Assembly (NCBI GenBank): GCA_031409275.1
Contig: JANNXA010000040.1
Coordinates: forward strand, 128,001 to 192,000
Origin: Planctomycetota bacterium
GTDB taxonomy: Bacteria; Planctomycetota; B15-G4; SIAN01
DNA: 64,000 nt
Direction of reading: 5' to 3'
The translations under genes were made by a program, and so were the position numbers. Below the pieces are notes generated by a model. The model was not told the DNA's origin. It was given only the letters and a program-made list of their open reading frames with translations, and did no database searches. How positions within the stretch are numbered: position 1 is the stretch's first letter; the number at the start of each line of letters is the position of its first letter. Shown one piece after another: positions 7,155 through 19,474 of this stretch.

Positions 7155-9926
7155 TCATGGTGGATCGACGACCTCGACCCATGCGATGAGTTCCGTCGAG
7201 TAACTGCCGCCCTCCACCACCAGCTGGCGATGGAGCAGCTCGCGCTCGAGCATCGGTTCGATCGCCGCGAGCAGTCGGTGGGCATCAGCTCGCGTGGCGG
7301 ACGGAGACGCAGGTGTTCCGGCATCGAGCACGCCCGATCCGAGGCGCTCGAGTGCGACGTGACGCACGCCGTCGCCCGTCACCGCAAGCGAGACGAGTGA
7401 CGTTCGCTGCTCCGCCCCTCGCCGTTCGGACTGCACACGCCAGACGGAGAGAACGCCCGGACCGACCGGATGCCGCAGCGCGACACCAACCTCGCCGGGT
7501 TCGAGCGTCCCCGCCTTGCGGATCGCATCGGCCACCAATGGGTGGTCGAGGCCCAGCAGTTCGAGCCCGTCCTCGTTCCTCGACCGTTCGCGATCGAGCG
7601 TGAATCGCCGCGACTTAGCACCGTCGCGTTCGACAACGACGCACTCGCCGCCTTCGCGAACCTCGAGTGCTCGGCCATCGAGTTCGAGCGACGCGCTCAG
7701 GAATCTCCTCATCCGCTCCAACCCCGGCTTCACGTCCGCGAACGGCTGATAGTCATCGAGCGAGAAGCCGTCCAAGTCCTGGAACAGTTCGAATACGACC
7801 TTGCGCGCGACCCGGGCGTTGTCGAGCGCCGCCGCCAGCTCCTCCTCCGTCCGTCGCAGGTCGGGGTCGTCCAGCGCCTCGCGGTAGAGGCGGTCGTACG
7901 ACAGCCGCTCGGAAAGCTGTCCCAGCACCTGACTGCGCAAGTCCTCGGCGACGTTGCCGTGCTCGTCGACCTTGCCGAGCGTCTTCGCGATCTCGCCCAG
8001 CTTCTCGTCGAGCAGCAGGTAGATGCGCCCCTCGATCGTGTCGGAGAGGACGAGGTTGTAGACCTGCGCGGTGTGCTTCTGCCCATAGCGATGGATGCGC
8101 CCGATGCGCTGCTCCATGTCCATCGGGTTCCACGGCAAGTCGAAGTTGAAGAGGATCCTCGCGAACTGCAGGTTGATCCCCTCGCGCCCCGCTGCCGTGC
8201 AGACGAGCACTCGCGGACCGTCGGCCCGCTTGAAGCGCTTCTCCGCGGCCAGCTTGGAGCCGTGGTCGCCGCCGCGCAGGACGACGACGCCTTGGCCGGG
8301 AAACGTGCGAGTGATCTCCTGCTCCAGGAGTTCCACCGAGCCGAGGTAGGTCGCGAAGATCACGACGCGTTCCGACGGGTCCTGCCGCCACAGCTCGCCG
8401 AGGCCGCGCAACAGCTTCTCGACCTTTGTCTCGGGTTGAGTCGGGAACGCCTGCAGCAGATCGCGGATGCGCAGGCGCTCTTCGGGCAACGCGAGGTTCA
8501 CCGCCATGGCGGCCACCTCTTCGCCGCCCACTGCTGTCAGCTCACCGGCCGCGGTATCGGCCGCCTGTTCGAGTTCCTCGTCATCGAGCCGCTGGAGGAG
8601 CTTGAGCCTCAGCTCGGCGACGATCGCATCGACCTTGCCGGTGCCCACCTCATCGCGAGGGATCCCGTGCTCTTCGTGCACGAGATCGCGGGCTTCGGCG
8701 TGGAGCTGCTGGCGCGCGTCAAGGTCGAGTTCACGGTCCCTCAGGATCGCCTCATGCAGCGTCAGCATCAGCAACCGGCGTCGCAGCGTCCGGCGGACCG
8801 CGGCGAAGCTCGATGCCGCGATCTTCTGGAAGATCGTCATCACGAAGCCGAGCGCGCGCCCCTCGTTGCCGCGCCGATTCGCCAGCGCGAAGCCCTCCTT
8901 CAGGTAATCGTTCAGCGCCACGTAGAACGCGCGTTCGTCGGAGTCCATCGTGAACGACTCGGTACGCACCTGCCGACGCGCGAAGAGCGGCGCCCCATCC
9001 GGACGACACGCGTCCGCCTTCGTTCGCCGGAAGACCACGGAATTGAGTCGGTGGCGATTCTCGACCATGTCCTCCGCGCTGAGGAAGAGCGTCGGATCGA
9101 GCAGCTGCACCAGCATCCAGAAGCGGAAGTGGTCGCCCTGGTGCGGCGTCGCCGACAGCAGCAGCAGGTCGCGCGAGTGCTCCTTCAAGGCCTCGGCGAG
9201 CTTGTAGTTCTCGGTCTTGCGCGTCCGCTTGCCGCTCTGGAACGCAGAGAGGTGGTGCGCTTCGTCGAAGACCACCAGGTCCCAGCGCGGCGCGTCGAGC
9301 AGCCGCTTGATCCGCGCCGGCCTCTTCAGCGTGTCGATGCTGGCGATCAGACGGTCGTGCTTGGCGAAGGCGTTCGACTTGCGGTCGGTCACGTCCCCTT
9401 CGCTGCCGAAGACCTCGAATCCGAGCCGGAAGACCTCGTTCATCTCGCGGTGCCAGTTGTTCACCAGACCGGCCGGCACCACCATCAACGCGCGGTCGAG
9501 CTCCCCGCGGCTGGCCAGCTCGCGCAGCACCAACGCCGTCTCGATGGTTTTGCCGAGCCCTACTTCGTCGGCGACCAGGAAGCGTCGCGGGGAGGCCGTC
9601 GCGATGCGATGGGTCAGGACGACCTGATGCGGCAGCAGGTCGATCGGAGCAGCGGTCAGGGCGGCAGCACTCTCGATCAGCGGCAGCGCATGGGCCTCGT
9701 GGACCAGCCACGCCGTGCGGCGACGCGCCTCGCTCGACGCGACCCCGGCGACCACTCGGTCGGCGCGCGATTGGAACGGCTGCACCTCGGCCAGCGCGAC
9801 CTGTCGTTCACCGACGGAGAAGAAGACGCGCAGGTAGTCGTTGCGCGCAGGAGCAAGGACGACCCCCTCGCCGAGTTCGGCGTGGCGAATCCGGGCGCCG
9901 GGCACGAAATCGGGCGAGCGCTCCAT
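7155..9926 (-). CDS. SNF2/RapA-like SF2 helicase
   Basis: LVADEVGLGKT, DEAHH, SATPH, GREGINLQ, QRIGRIHRYGQ; start at ATG 9926. Confidence 0.93.
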   Translation of the reverse strand: MERSPDFVPGARIRHAELGEGVVLAPARNDYLRVFFSVGERQVALAEVQPFQSRADRVVAGVASSEARRRTAWLVHEAHALPLIESAAALTAAPIDLLPHQVVLTHRIATASPRRFLVADEVGLGKTIETALVLRELASRGELDRALMVVPAGLVNNWHREMNEVFRLGFEVFGSEGDVTDRKSNAFAKHDRLIASIDTLKRPARIKRLLDAPRWDLVVFDEAHHLSAFQSGKRTRKTENYKLAEALKEHSRDLLLLSATPHQGDHFRFWMLVQLLDPTLFLSAEDMVENRHRLNSVVFRRTKADACRPDGAPLFARRQVRTESFTMDSDERAFYVALNDYLKEGFALANRRGNEGRALGFVMTIFQKIAASSFAAVRRTLRRRLLMLTLHEAILRDRELDLDARQQLHAEARDLVHEEHGIPRDEVGTGKVDAIVAELRLKLLQRLDDEELEQAADTAAGELTAVGGEEVAAMAVNLALPEERLRIRDLLQAFPTQPETKVEKLLRGLGELWRQDPSERVVIFATYLGSVELLEQEITRTFPGQGVVVLRGGDHGSKLAAEKRFKRADGPRVLVCTAAGREGINLQFARILFNFDLPWNPMDMEQRIGRIHRYGQKHTAQVYNLVLSDTIEGRIYLLLDEKLGEIAKTLGKVDEHGNVAEDLRSQVLGQLSERLSYDRLYREALDDPDLRRTEEELAAALDNARVARKVVFELFQDLDGFSLDDYQPFADVKPGLERMRRFLSASLELDGRALEVREGGECVVVERDGAKSRRFTLDRERSRNEDGLELLGLDHPLVADAIRKAGTLEPGEVGVALRHPVGPGVLSVWRVQSERRGAEQRTSLVSLAVTGDGVRHVALERLGSGVLDAGTPASPSATRADAHRLLAAIEPMLERELLHRQLVVEGGSYSTELIAWVEVVDPP

Positions 9927-9933
9927 CGACCGC

Positions 9934-10451
9934 CTACGAGATTCGTTGCAGGTGGAGGCCGACGTACGCGTCACCGTCGAGGTCGGGGCTCTTCTCCGTC
10001 GAGTCGAGGATGCGCGCCACGTCGGCCTCGGCGCCGCCGAAGAGGCAGCGACCGAGCGGCAGCAGTTCGGCGGACCGATCGACCGAGGAGCGCCAGCGGT
10101 ACGACTCGTCGGTCGAATCCATGGTGATGCGCTTGCGTCCGGAAGGCAGCCAGAAGAGGAGCGCCGCTTGGCCCGCGTAGTGGTCCTGGAACTCGAGGAT
10201 CGAGCTCCTCAGGTCCTCCTCGAGCCATCGCTCCGCGTCTGCCGCCGCCAGCGCATCGAGGCAGCCTTCGAGACCCGCGACGACCAGTGCGTCACCCGAC
10301 GTCGCCGGGAGAGTCGACGGCCACTTCGACTGCAGCCGGAAGTACTGATGCATCGACACCACCGCCGGCAGCTCGACGACGCGAGCAAGCGCTTGCGGGC
10401 TCCAGAGCAGCGACACCCCCTGCCGTTGCCAGCTCGAATGGCGAATCGTGT

Positions 10452-10455
<4 letters not shown>
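9934..10455 (-). CDS. Small conserved-looking protein of the defence operon (possible inactive NTPase fold, BrxB-like)
   Basis: 173 aa, translationally coupled to the MTase (GTGA overlap); LVVAGLEG resembles a degenerate Walker B. Confidence 0.7.
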
Positions 10456-13685
<3,230 letters not shown>

Positions 13686-13688
13686 GCG

Positions 13689-14720
13689 TCAGCTCCCGCC
13701 CGGCCGCGACAGCTCGAGGAACGGCACTGCGACCTCCAGCAGCGACAGCCCGCCATGGGTCAGCGTCGGGTAGCCGCCCGGGCTCTTCCACTTGCGCCGA
13801 CCCAGCACGAAGCGCCGATCGCCGTGCGCGGTCTGCAGCTGCACGTCGAGCGGTGGAACCCAGCCAGGCTCGCCGCCGGAGGCACTTCCGGAGGTGCTCT
13901 CCGTGGTCGCTGCCGAACGGCCGCTCTTGAATCGTTCCTTCAGGTACTGCGCTTGGGCCGGATCGCTGACGTCGGGGAATCCGGCGCTCTCCGCGTAGCC
14001 GTGGTCGGCGGTGATGACGAGGCGCCTGCCGGTGGTGAGCTGTCGCACCAGATGCCAGAAGGGGTCGCCGAGAAGATGGCGACTGGCCTCGTCCGCCAGT
14101 GACTTGAGCACAGGTCCGGGCCCAGCGAGGTCGTGTACCCGATCGTCGGGCCAACCATGCCAGAGGATCCAGTCCGGAGTTGCGTCGATCATCCGCGCGC
14201 ACTCCTCCCAAGGTGCGGACGTCGATTCCGTCTTCGCGCCGCGCAGGCGTCCGGTGACGCCGCTGCCGCCGCTCTCCAACGCGCTCCGACCGGAAAGACC
14301 GAGCGCCTTGGCGAAGGGCGTCGTTTCCGCGGGCAATTCGGCGGCGGTCGGCCGCGCTTGGTGGACCACGTAGCCGCGAGCCCCTGCGCCTTGCAGCAGC
14401 CACGGCAGCTCGCGCAACGAGAGCGCATCGAGGATCAGGATCGCCCGCGCCGAACGGCGTTGCTCCCACCACTCGATCAGCGCCGGCGCAGTTCGCGGCG
14501 CGGCACGCTCGTACTCGACCCAGAGGTCCCATGCCGCCGTAGCGAGGAAGAGGTCGACCGGTGCGAGCGCAGCGTCGCGTTGCGAAGCAGCTTTCGCGGC
14601 GTCGTTCGCCGACAACGGCGCCGCGAAGCGCTGCCACGCGTCGTCGAGCAGCGCCGCCCAAGCCTCCTTCGGCGAAGCGGATTGGAGCGCGCGCAGAAGC
14701 GGCAGCGGCAGCGAGGTCAC
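13689..14720 (-). CDS. Stand-alone PglZ-like alkaline-phosphatase-fold protein
   Basis: ILILDALSLRE, ELPAETT, PDDRVH, ITADHGY, THGGLSLLEVAVPF. Confidence 0.82.
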   Translation of the reverse strand: MTSLPLPLLRALQSASPKEAWAALLDDAWQRFAAPLSANDAAKAASQRDAALAPVDLFLATAAWDLWVEYERAAPRTAPALIEWWEQRRSARAILILDALSLRELPWLLQGAGARGYVVHQARPTAAELPAETTPFAKALGLSGRSALESGGSGVTGRLRGAKTESTSAPWEECARMIDATPDWILWHGWPDDRVHDLAGPGPVLKSLADEASRHLLGDPFWHLVRQLTTGRRLVITADHGYAESAGFPDVSDPAQAQYLKERFKSGRSAATTESTSGSASGGEPGWVPPLDVQLQTAHGDRRFVLGRRKWKSPGGYPTLTHGGLSLLEVAVPFLELSRPGGS

Positions 14721-17452
14721 GACTCTTCCTTGTTGAGCGTGAGTTCGTAGGTGACGCCGTCGGGGAGCTTCTTCAGCAGATCGTTCAACTGCGCGCCGGT
14801 CATCACGCCGACCCGGATCTGGACATCCTGCACGCGCGTCCCCGTCCGGATCCCCCAGCTCTCGACCTTGCCCATCAGGTTGAGCGCCGAAGTCGCGGTC
14901 ACCGAGCTCAGCGGACGAAGCGGTCGCGGGCCTTGGAAGAGATCGCCGCTGTTGCCGGTGGCGGGTCCGGTGGGTGCCGGTGCGATCGCCCGGTCGATCA
15001 GGCGCTGCTCGTCGCTCGGAATCACGTAGCCCACGGGACGCGGCGAGTCGGGAGATGCCGTCGGGTTTGCATTCGGGGCTGCATTCGTGCCGACCATCCC
15101 CTCCGCGCGCGGGCTCGCCTGCGGCAGGCGCATGGGCGACTCGTCCAGATGACGGCCGCTGCCAAGCTTCCCGCGGATCCGTCGGTAGGTCGCGTCGGCT
15201 TCCTCGCCGGGATCGGCCTGCAGCAGCTCCATCCCGCGGAGGTCGACGGCGACTTCACCCCGCGCGCAGCACCAGAGGAGCTTCTCCTTCATCGCGGCTT
15301 CGCCGAGCCACGCAATCGACCGCGCACCACCGGGTCGTGGCTCCTGCAGTTCGCGCAGGAAGCCGCCGACCGACTTGCTCTCCTTCGCGGCCTGACGCAC
15401 CAACTCGGAGAAGTCCTCGGCCACGAAGAGATCGCGGGCGACCAGCTTGTGCACCTCTTCGGGAATCGCCGAGCCCTCGACCCGATGCGATTCGACGCGG
15501 AAGGTCGAGCGCTCTGGCTCCTGGAACGACCAGCTCTCCACGATCGCGAAACGGTCGAAGCGCTTGGCCAGGACATCGCGCAGCTGCCGCTCGTGCTTCT
15601 GCTGGAGCTTTCGGTACTCCGGGCTCTGCGCCTTCCAGGCGTCCGCCAGGTGGATGGCCCGCGCCAGGAACTTCAGCGGCGGCTCGTAGAAGAGGTTCGG
15701 GCTGCCGTCGCGTGGCACGAGGAAGCGCACCGCGTTGCGCCGCGAGCCGAGCCGGTTCCGCAGCCACTTGCCGAGGGTTGCTTGCAAGTCGCCGGACGGA
15801 GCCTCGGGCAACACCAGCAACGGGATGCGCTCGTCCCAATGGTCGGGCAGGTCGCGCTCGTCGAGGCCGCGGAACGGGTCGTTCTCCCAATCGGCGGCGA
15901 GGACGACGACCCGGAATAGCGGGATCGCCTCGTCGGAGCCGCCGATCACGTAGCGCACCTCGCGGGCGAGACGCTTCAGGTCCTCACCGCCCTCGAACAG
16001 CCGCTGGTTGCGCGCGTTGGCGAACAGCTTCGCCTGCGGATTCTCTTCCTCGCGAAAGACGAGGCGTTCGCCCTCCTCGTGGATGTTGAAGCTGTTCTCG
16101 ATGATCCGCTGCAGCTCGACCCCGAAGCCGTTGACATCGAGCGGCTTGCCGCGCGTGAGGTCGACTTGCAGCTCGGCGCGCGTTGCGCCGGCGTTGCGCA
16201 GAGCCAGCGAGCGCAGCCAGAGTGACGCGACGATCTCCTCGAGGTGGGGCACGTCCTCCTTGGGAACCGTGACGGCGTCGCGCACGGCGCTCAGGTTCCG
16301 CTGCGCCTTCTCGCGCAGCGTCTGGTACTGGAGGTTCGACACCGAGTCGAGCAGGGCGGCGACCCCGCTCTTCGTGTCGTCAAGCAGGAAGTCGGCCGGC
16401 GTGATCAGCGGCGATACCTCGCCGCGCGACTTGTAGACCGCAGCCAGCACCTTGATCAGGTCGCGCGTCTCCTGCGCCTGAGTCGCCTTCAGGACCTCGT
16501 CCTCGAGCAGCGTCATCAACGTCGGCGAGAAAGGCCACGCCTCGACGAACTCGCGGCGCACGCGCTCCTGATCGGCGGGCGCGATCCCGGCAATTCGCAG
16601 GTGGGTGTCGACGTGCGCCGTGATGAGGGTCTCGATCGATGGCGCCGCCACTTGCAACCGGTTCGTGAAGAGCCGGTGCAGCAGTAGCCGAAGACGGTCG
16701 ACGCGCTTGCGCGGGCCCTTGAAGTCGATCAGCTGCGGGTTCATCCGAGCGATCTGCTGGAAGGCGTCCGACTCGCCATTGCGTACCGAGACGACCAGCA
16801 CCAGCAGGTCGGGGTGCTCGCGCGCGATGTCGGTGAGGATCTGGACGAAGTTGAAGGCCCAGGCGCGTGCCGGGATCTGCTTGCTGTTCGAGAGCCCGTC
16901 GAACCAAGTTTGGTACTCGTCGAGGATCAGTGCCGTCGGCTGCTTGCGGAAGAGTTCGAGGAGCAGGTCCGAACCCGGCATGTCGGTCTTGCGCGCGCCC
17001 TGCGAGTCCCACATCCCGCGTACGTATTCGCCGTGCGGGTGCCTCTCGAAGAGCAGGTCCCAGAGGAACTTGAAGCTCTGGCGGTGGAGACTCTCACTGA
17101 TGACGTGCATGCCGGAGCGCAAACGCAGCGACGCCGGTCGGGGGTCAGCAAGGCGCTCGGACCACTCTGCCAGCCAGCGGCGCGTCTCCTCCGGGCTGGT
17201 CAACGCATGGTGCAGCGCCGCCAGTAGGTGCGACTTGCCGAGCCCGCGCTCACCGATCAGGACGACTGGCTTCCCCGTTCCGGGGCCGGTCGCCTCGATC
17301 GCCTGCAATACGTCAAACGTCGGATAGGTGATCGCAAGGTGCGCGGACGCAGCGATCTGGATCGCACCCGTCCTCTCGCGGTTCGAGAACTCGATCGCCG
17401 TGCCTTCGAGGCGACGGCTCTTGAACTCTTCGCGGAGCATCAGGCCGAGCAT
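14717..17452 (-). CDS. DUF499 family AAA+ ATPase (BrxC-related)
   Basis: Walker A GERGLGKSH, Walker B LILDEYQ, AWPFSP, QETRDLI; 911 aa. Confidence 0.85.
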   Translation of the reverse strand: MLGLMLREEFKSRRLEGTAIEFSNRERTGAIQIAASAHLAITYPTFDVLQAIEATGPGTGKPVVLIGERGLGKSHLLAALHHALTSPEETRRWLAEWSERLADPRPASLRLRSGMHVISESLHRQSFKFLWDLLFERHPHGEYVRGMWDSQGARKTDMPGSDLLLELFRKQPTALILDEYQTWFDGLSNSKQIPARAWAFNFVQILTDIAREHPDLLVLVVSVRNGESDAFQQIARMNPQLIDFKGPRKRVDRLRLLLHRLFTNRLQVAAPSIETLITAHVDTHLRIAGIAPADQERVRREFVEAWPFSPTLMTLLEDEVLKATQAQETRDLIKVLAAVYKSRGEVSPLITPADFLLDDTKSGVAALLDSVSNLQYQTLREKAQRNLSAVRDAVTVPKEDVPHLEEIVASLWLRSLALRNAGATRAELQVDLTRGKPLDVNGFGVELQRIIENSFNIHEEGERLVFREEENPQAKLFANARNQRLFEGGEDLKRLAREVRYVIGGSDEAIPLFRVVVLAADWENDPFRGLDERDLPDHWDERIPLLVLPEAPSGDLQATLGKWLRNRLGSRRNAVRFLVPRDGSPNLFYEPPLKFLARAIHLADAWKAQSPEYRKLQQKHERQLRDVLAKRFDRFAIVESWSFQEPERSTFRVESHRVEGSAIPEEVHKLVARDLFVAEDFSELVRQAAKESKSVGGFLRELQEPRPGGARSIAWLGEAAMKEKLLWCCARGEVAVDLRGMELLQADPGEEADATYRRIRGKLGSGRHLDESPMRLPQASPRAEGMVGTNAAPNANPTASPDSPRPVGYVIPSDEQRLIDRAIAPAPTGPATGNSGDLFQGPRPLRPLSSVTATSALNLMGKVESWGIRTGTRVQDVQIRVGVMTGAQLNDLLKKLPDGVTYELTLNKEES

Positions 17453-17715
17453 TCGTCAGGCTCCGTAGGTCGTGAATCGGCGGCAGGTTAGCGCGAAGCG
17501 TCCGCAGCGTCGCCGGTCTCGATCCCCTCCGGCAATGCGAAACCGTGGACTGGCGAGCGCTAGGCCGAGAAGCACCCGCTGGCGAGAGTGCGGTCACGAG
17601 CGCATCCTCCAAAGCGAGTTCGAAGCCGGTCGGTCCAGATGGTCGACTCACTGACCGTTCGATGCGGTTTTCCCTTAGCCACGCCCCCGCCACCTCCTCC
17701 CTACCACCCCCCTTC

Positions 17716-18972
17716 ATGGCCCTCGCCTCCCCCATCGCGTGGACCGACACGACTTGGAACCCGGTCACCGGGTGCGACAAGGTGAGCCCGGGCTGCACGC
17801 ACTGCTACGCCGAGCGGATGGCGACGCGGCTCGCGGCGATGGGGCAGGCCAACTACGCGCGCGGGTTCGAGCTGACGCTGCAACCGGCGATGCTGGAGCT
17901 GCCGCTCCGGTGGCGCAAGTCGCGGCGGATCTTCGTCAACTCGATGAGCGACCTGTTCCACGACGAGGTTCCGCTCGACTACGTGCGACGGGTCTTCGAC
18001 GTGATGCAGCGCGCGAGCTGGCATGAGTTCCAGGTGCTCACCAAGCGAGCGGAGCGGCTGGCGCAGGTCGCTTCGCTGCTGCCCTGGCCGCGCAACATCT
18101 GGATGGGCGTCAGCGTCGAGAGCGAGAAGTTCGTCGCGCGCATCGAGGCGCTGCGGACGGTCCCGGCGGCAGTGCGCTTCCTTTCGCTCGAGCCGCTGCT
18201 CGGGCCGCTGCCGGCGCTCGATTGGCGCGGGATCGACTGGGCGATCGTCGGTGGCGAGTCGGGGCCGGGCGCGCGGCCGCTCGACCCGGCGTGGGTGCGC
18301 GACCTGCGCGAGCAGTGCGCCGCCGCGCGCGTCCCGTTCTTCTTCAAGCAATGGGGTGGTGTGCGGAAGAAGGCGACCGGCCGCGTGCTGGATGGCCGGA
18401 CGTGGGACGAGTTGCCGACGCCCCAAGTCGATCGGAGTCCACGCGACGGCTGCATGCCGGCAGGCGTTGAATCGCGGCTTCCGCCTTTGCACTCTCACGT
18501 TCCACCGTCCCGGCCCCCTCGCTCCTCGAAGGACGCCGCCCCCATGCCCTCCTCCCCCATCCCCTCCTCCTTCGACGACTTCGAGCAGGAGCAGCGCTCC
18601 TTCGACCTGATCGATCAGCACCGCGCCGCGCTCGCCGCCGAGGCGGTGCGCATCGCGCGGGAGGCGCCGGACGCGGCCGTGGCCGGGCTCGCCGGGCTCA
18701 TCGTGACGGCGGAGGCGCCCGAGGCGGAGGCGCTGCTCGCCGCGATCGGGTTGCCGGAGGAGGCGGCGCGCAGCGGCTTCCTCGGCATCGTGCCGCGCGA
18801 GCTGGCGGCGGCGATCCTGCGCGACGTGGCGATGGAGGCGCTCGACGAGCTGGTGCGCCTCGAGGCGAAGGTGGCGGCGGGAGCGCGGCCGTTGGCGATC
18901 GTGCTGCTGGCGAAGGAGGGGCTGCGACTCGGGCTCGCGAGCTACGAAGCGGAACCGACGGCAGGTGGTTGA
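17716..18972 (+). CDS. Phage Gp37/Gp68 (DUF5131) family protein, in frame with a second ~142 aa hypothetical protein from 18544
   Basis: [68 protein letters not shown]; no stop after the domain. Confidence 0.88.
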   Translation: MALASPIAWTDTTWNPVTGCDKVSPGCTHCYAERMATRLAAMGQANYARGFELTLQPAMLELPLRWRKSRRIFVNSMSDLFHDEVPLDYVRRVFDVMQRASWHEFQVLTKRAERLAQVASLLPWPRNIWMGVSVESEKFVARIEALRTVPAAVRFLSLEPLLGPLPALDWRGIDWAIVGGESGPGARPLDPAWVRDLREQCAAARVPFFFKQWGGVRKKATGRVLDGRTWDELPTPQVDRSPRDGCMPAGVESRLPPLHSHVPPSRPPRSSKDAAPMPSSPIPSSFDDFEQEQRSFDLIDQHRAALAAEAVRIAREAPDAAVAGLAGLIVTAEAPEAEALLAAIGLPEEAARSGFLGIVPRELAAAILRDVAMEALDELVRLEAKVAAGARPLAIVLLAKEGLRLGLASYEAEPTAGG

Positions 18973-18991
18973 GCGCCGCGCGACCGCTCGC

Positions 18992-19447
18992 ATGGCCACC
19001 GTTCGCAAGGCATCGGCCCGCACCTCCGCTTCCACGCTGACGATTCCCGCCTACGACAGAGCGCAGCCGGCGCCGCTCGCGGCAATCTGCCGGAAGCTGC
19101 GCGCCGCCCTCACGCGCGGGCTGCCGGCGGCGAAGGCGATGGTGTGGCACGGCTCGCCGGTCTGGTTCGTCGGCGAGGTGCCGGTGGCCGGCTACTGCGT
19201 CGGCGCGAAGGGCGACGTGCAGCTCCTCTTCTGGAACGGCCAGGCGTTCGACGAGCCAAGCCTCGCGCCGCTCGGCAAGTTCCGCGCTGCCGAGGCGCGC
19301 TACCGCAGCGCGGCAGAGCTCGACGCGACGACGCTCGAGCGGTGGCTGACGAAGGCGGGCACTCAGTGGTGGGACCTCGACGAGCTGCGCGTGCGCCGCG
19401 AGACGGCGCAAGCGGCGAAGCGGAAGGCGGCAAAGCGCAAGCGGTGA
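18992..19447 (+). CDS. DUF1801 (YdhG-like) domain protein
   Basis: VWHGSPVWF...PVAGY...LLFWNGQAFDEP.L...GKFRAAE. Confidence 0.85.
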   Translation: MATVRKASARTSASTLTIPAYDRAQPAPLAAICRKLRAALTRGLPAAKAMVWHGSPVWFVGEVPVAGYCVGAKGDVQLLFWNGQAFDEPSLAPLGKFRAAEARYRSAAELDATTLERWLTKAGTQWWDLDELRVRRETAQAAKRKAAKRKR

Positions 19448-19474
19448 GCGGCGCGCACGGTGGCGCGCGCCCCC

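Noticed and set aside
17716..18420. 'Phage' Gp37/Gp68 gene as evidence of a prophage
   Set aside because: No structural, terminase or integrase genes; the family is common on chromosomes
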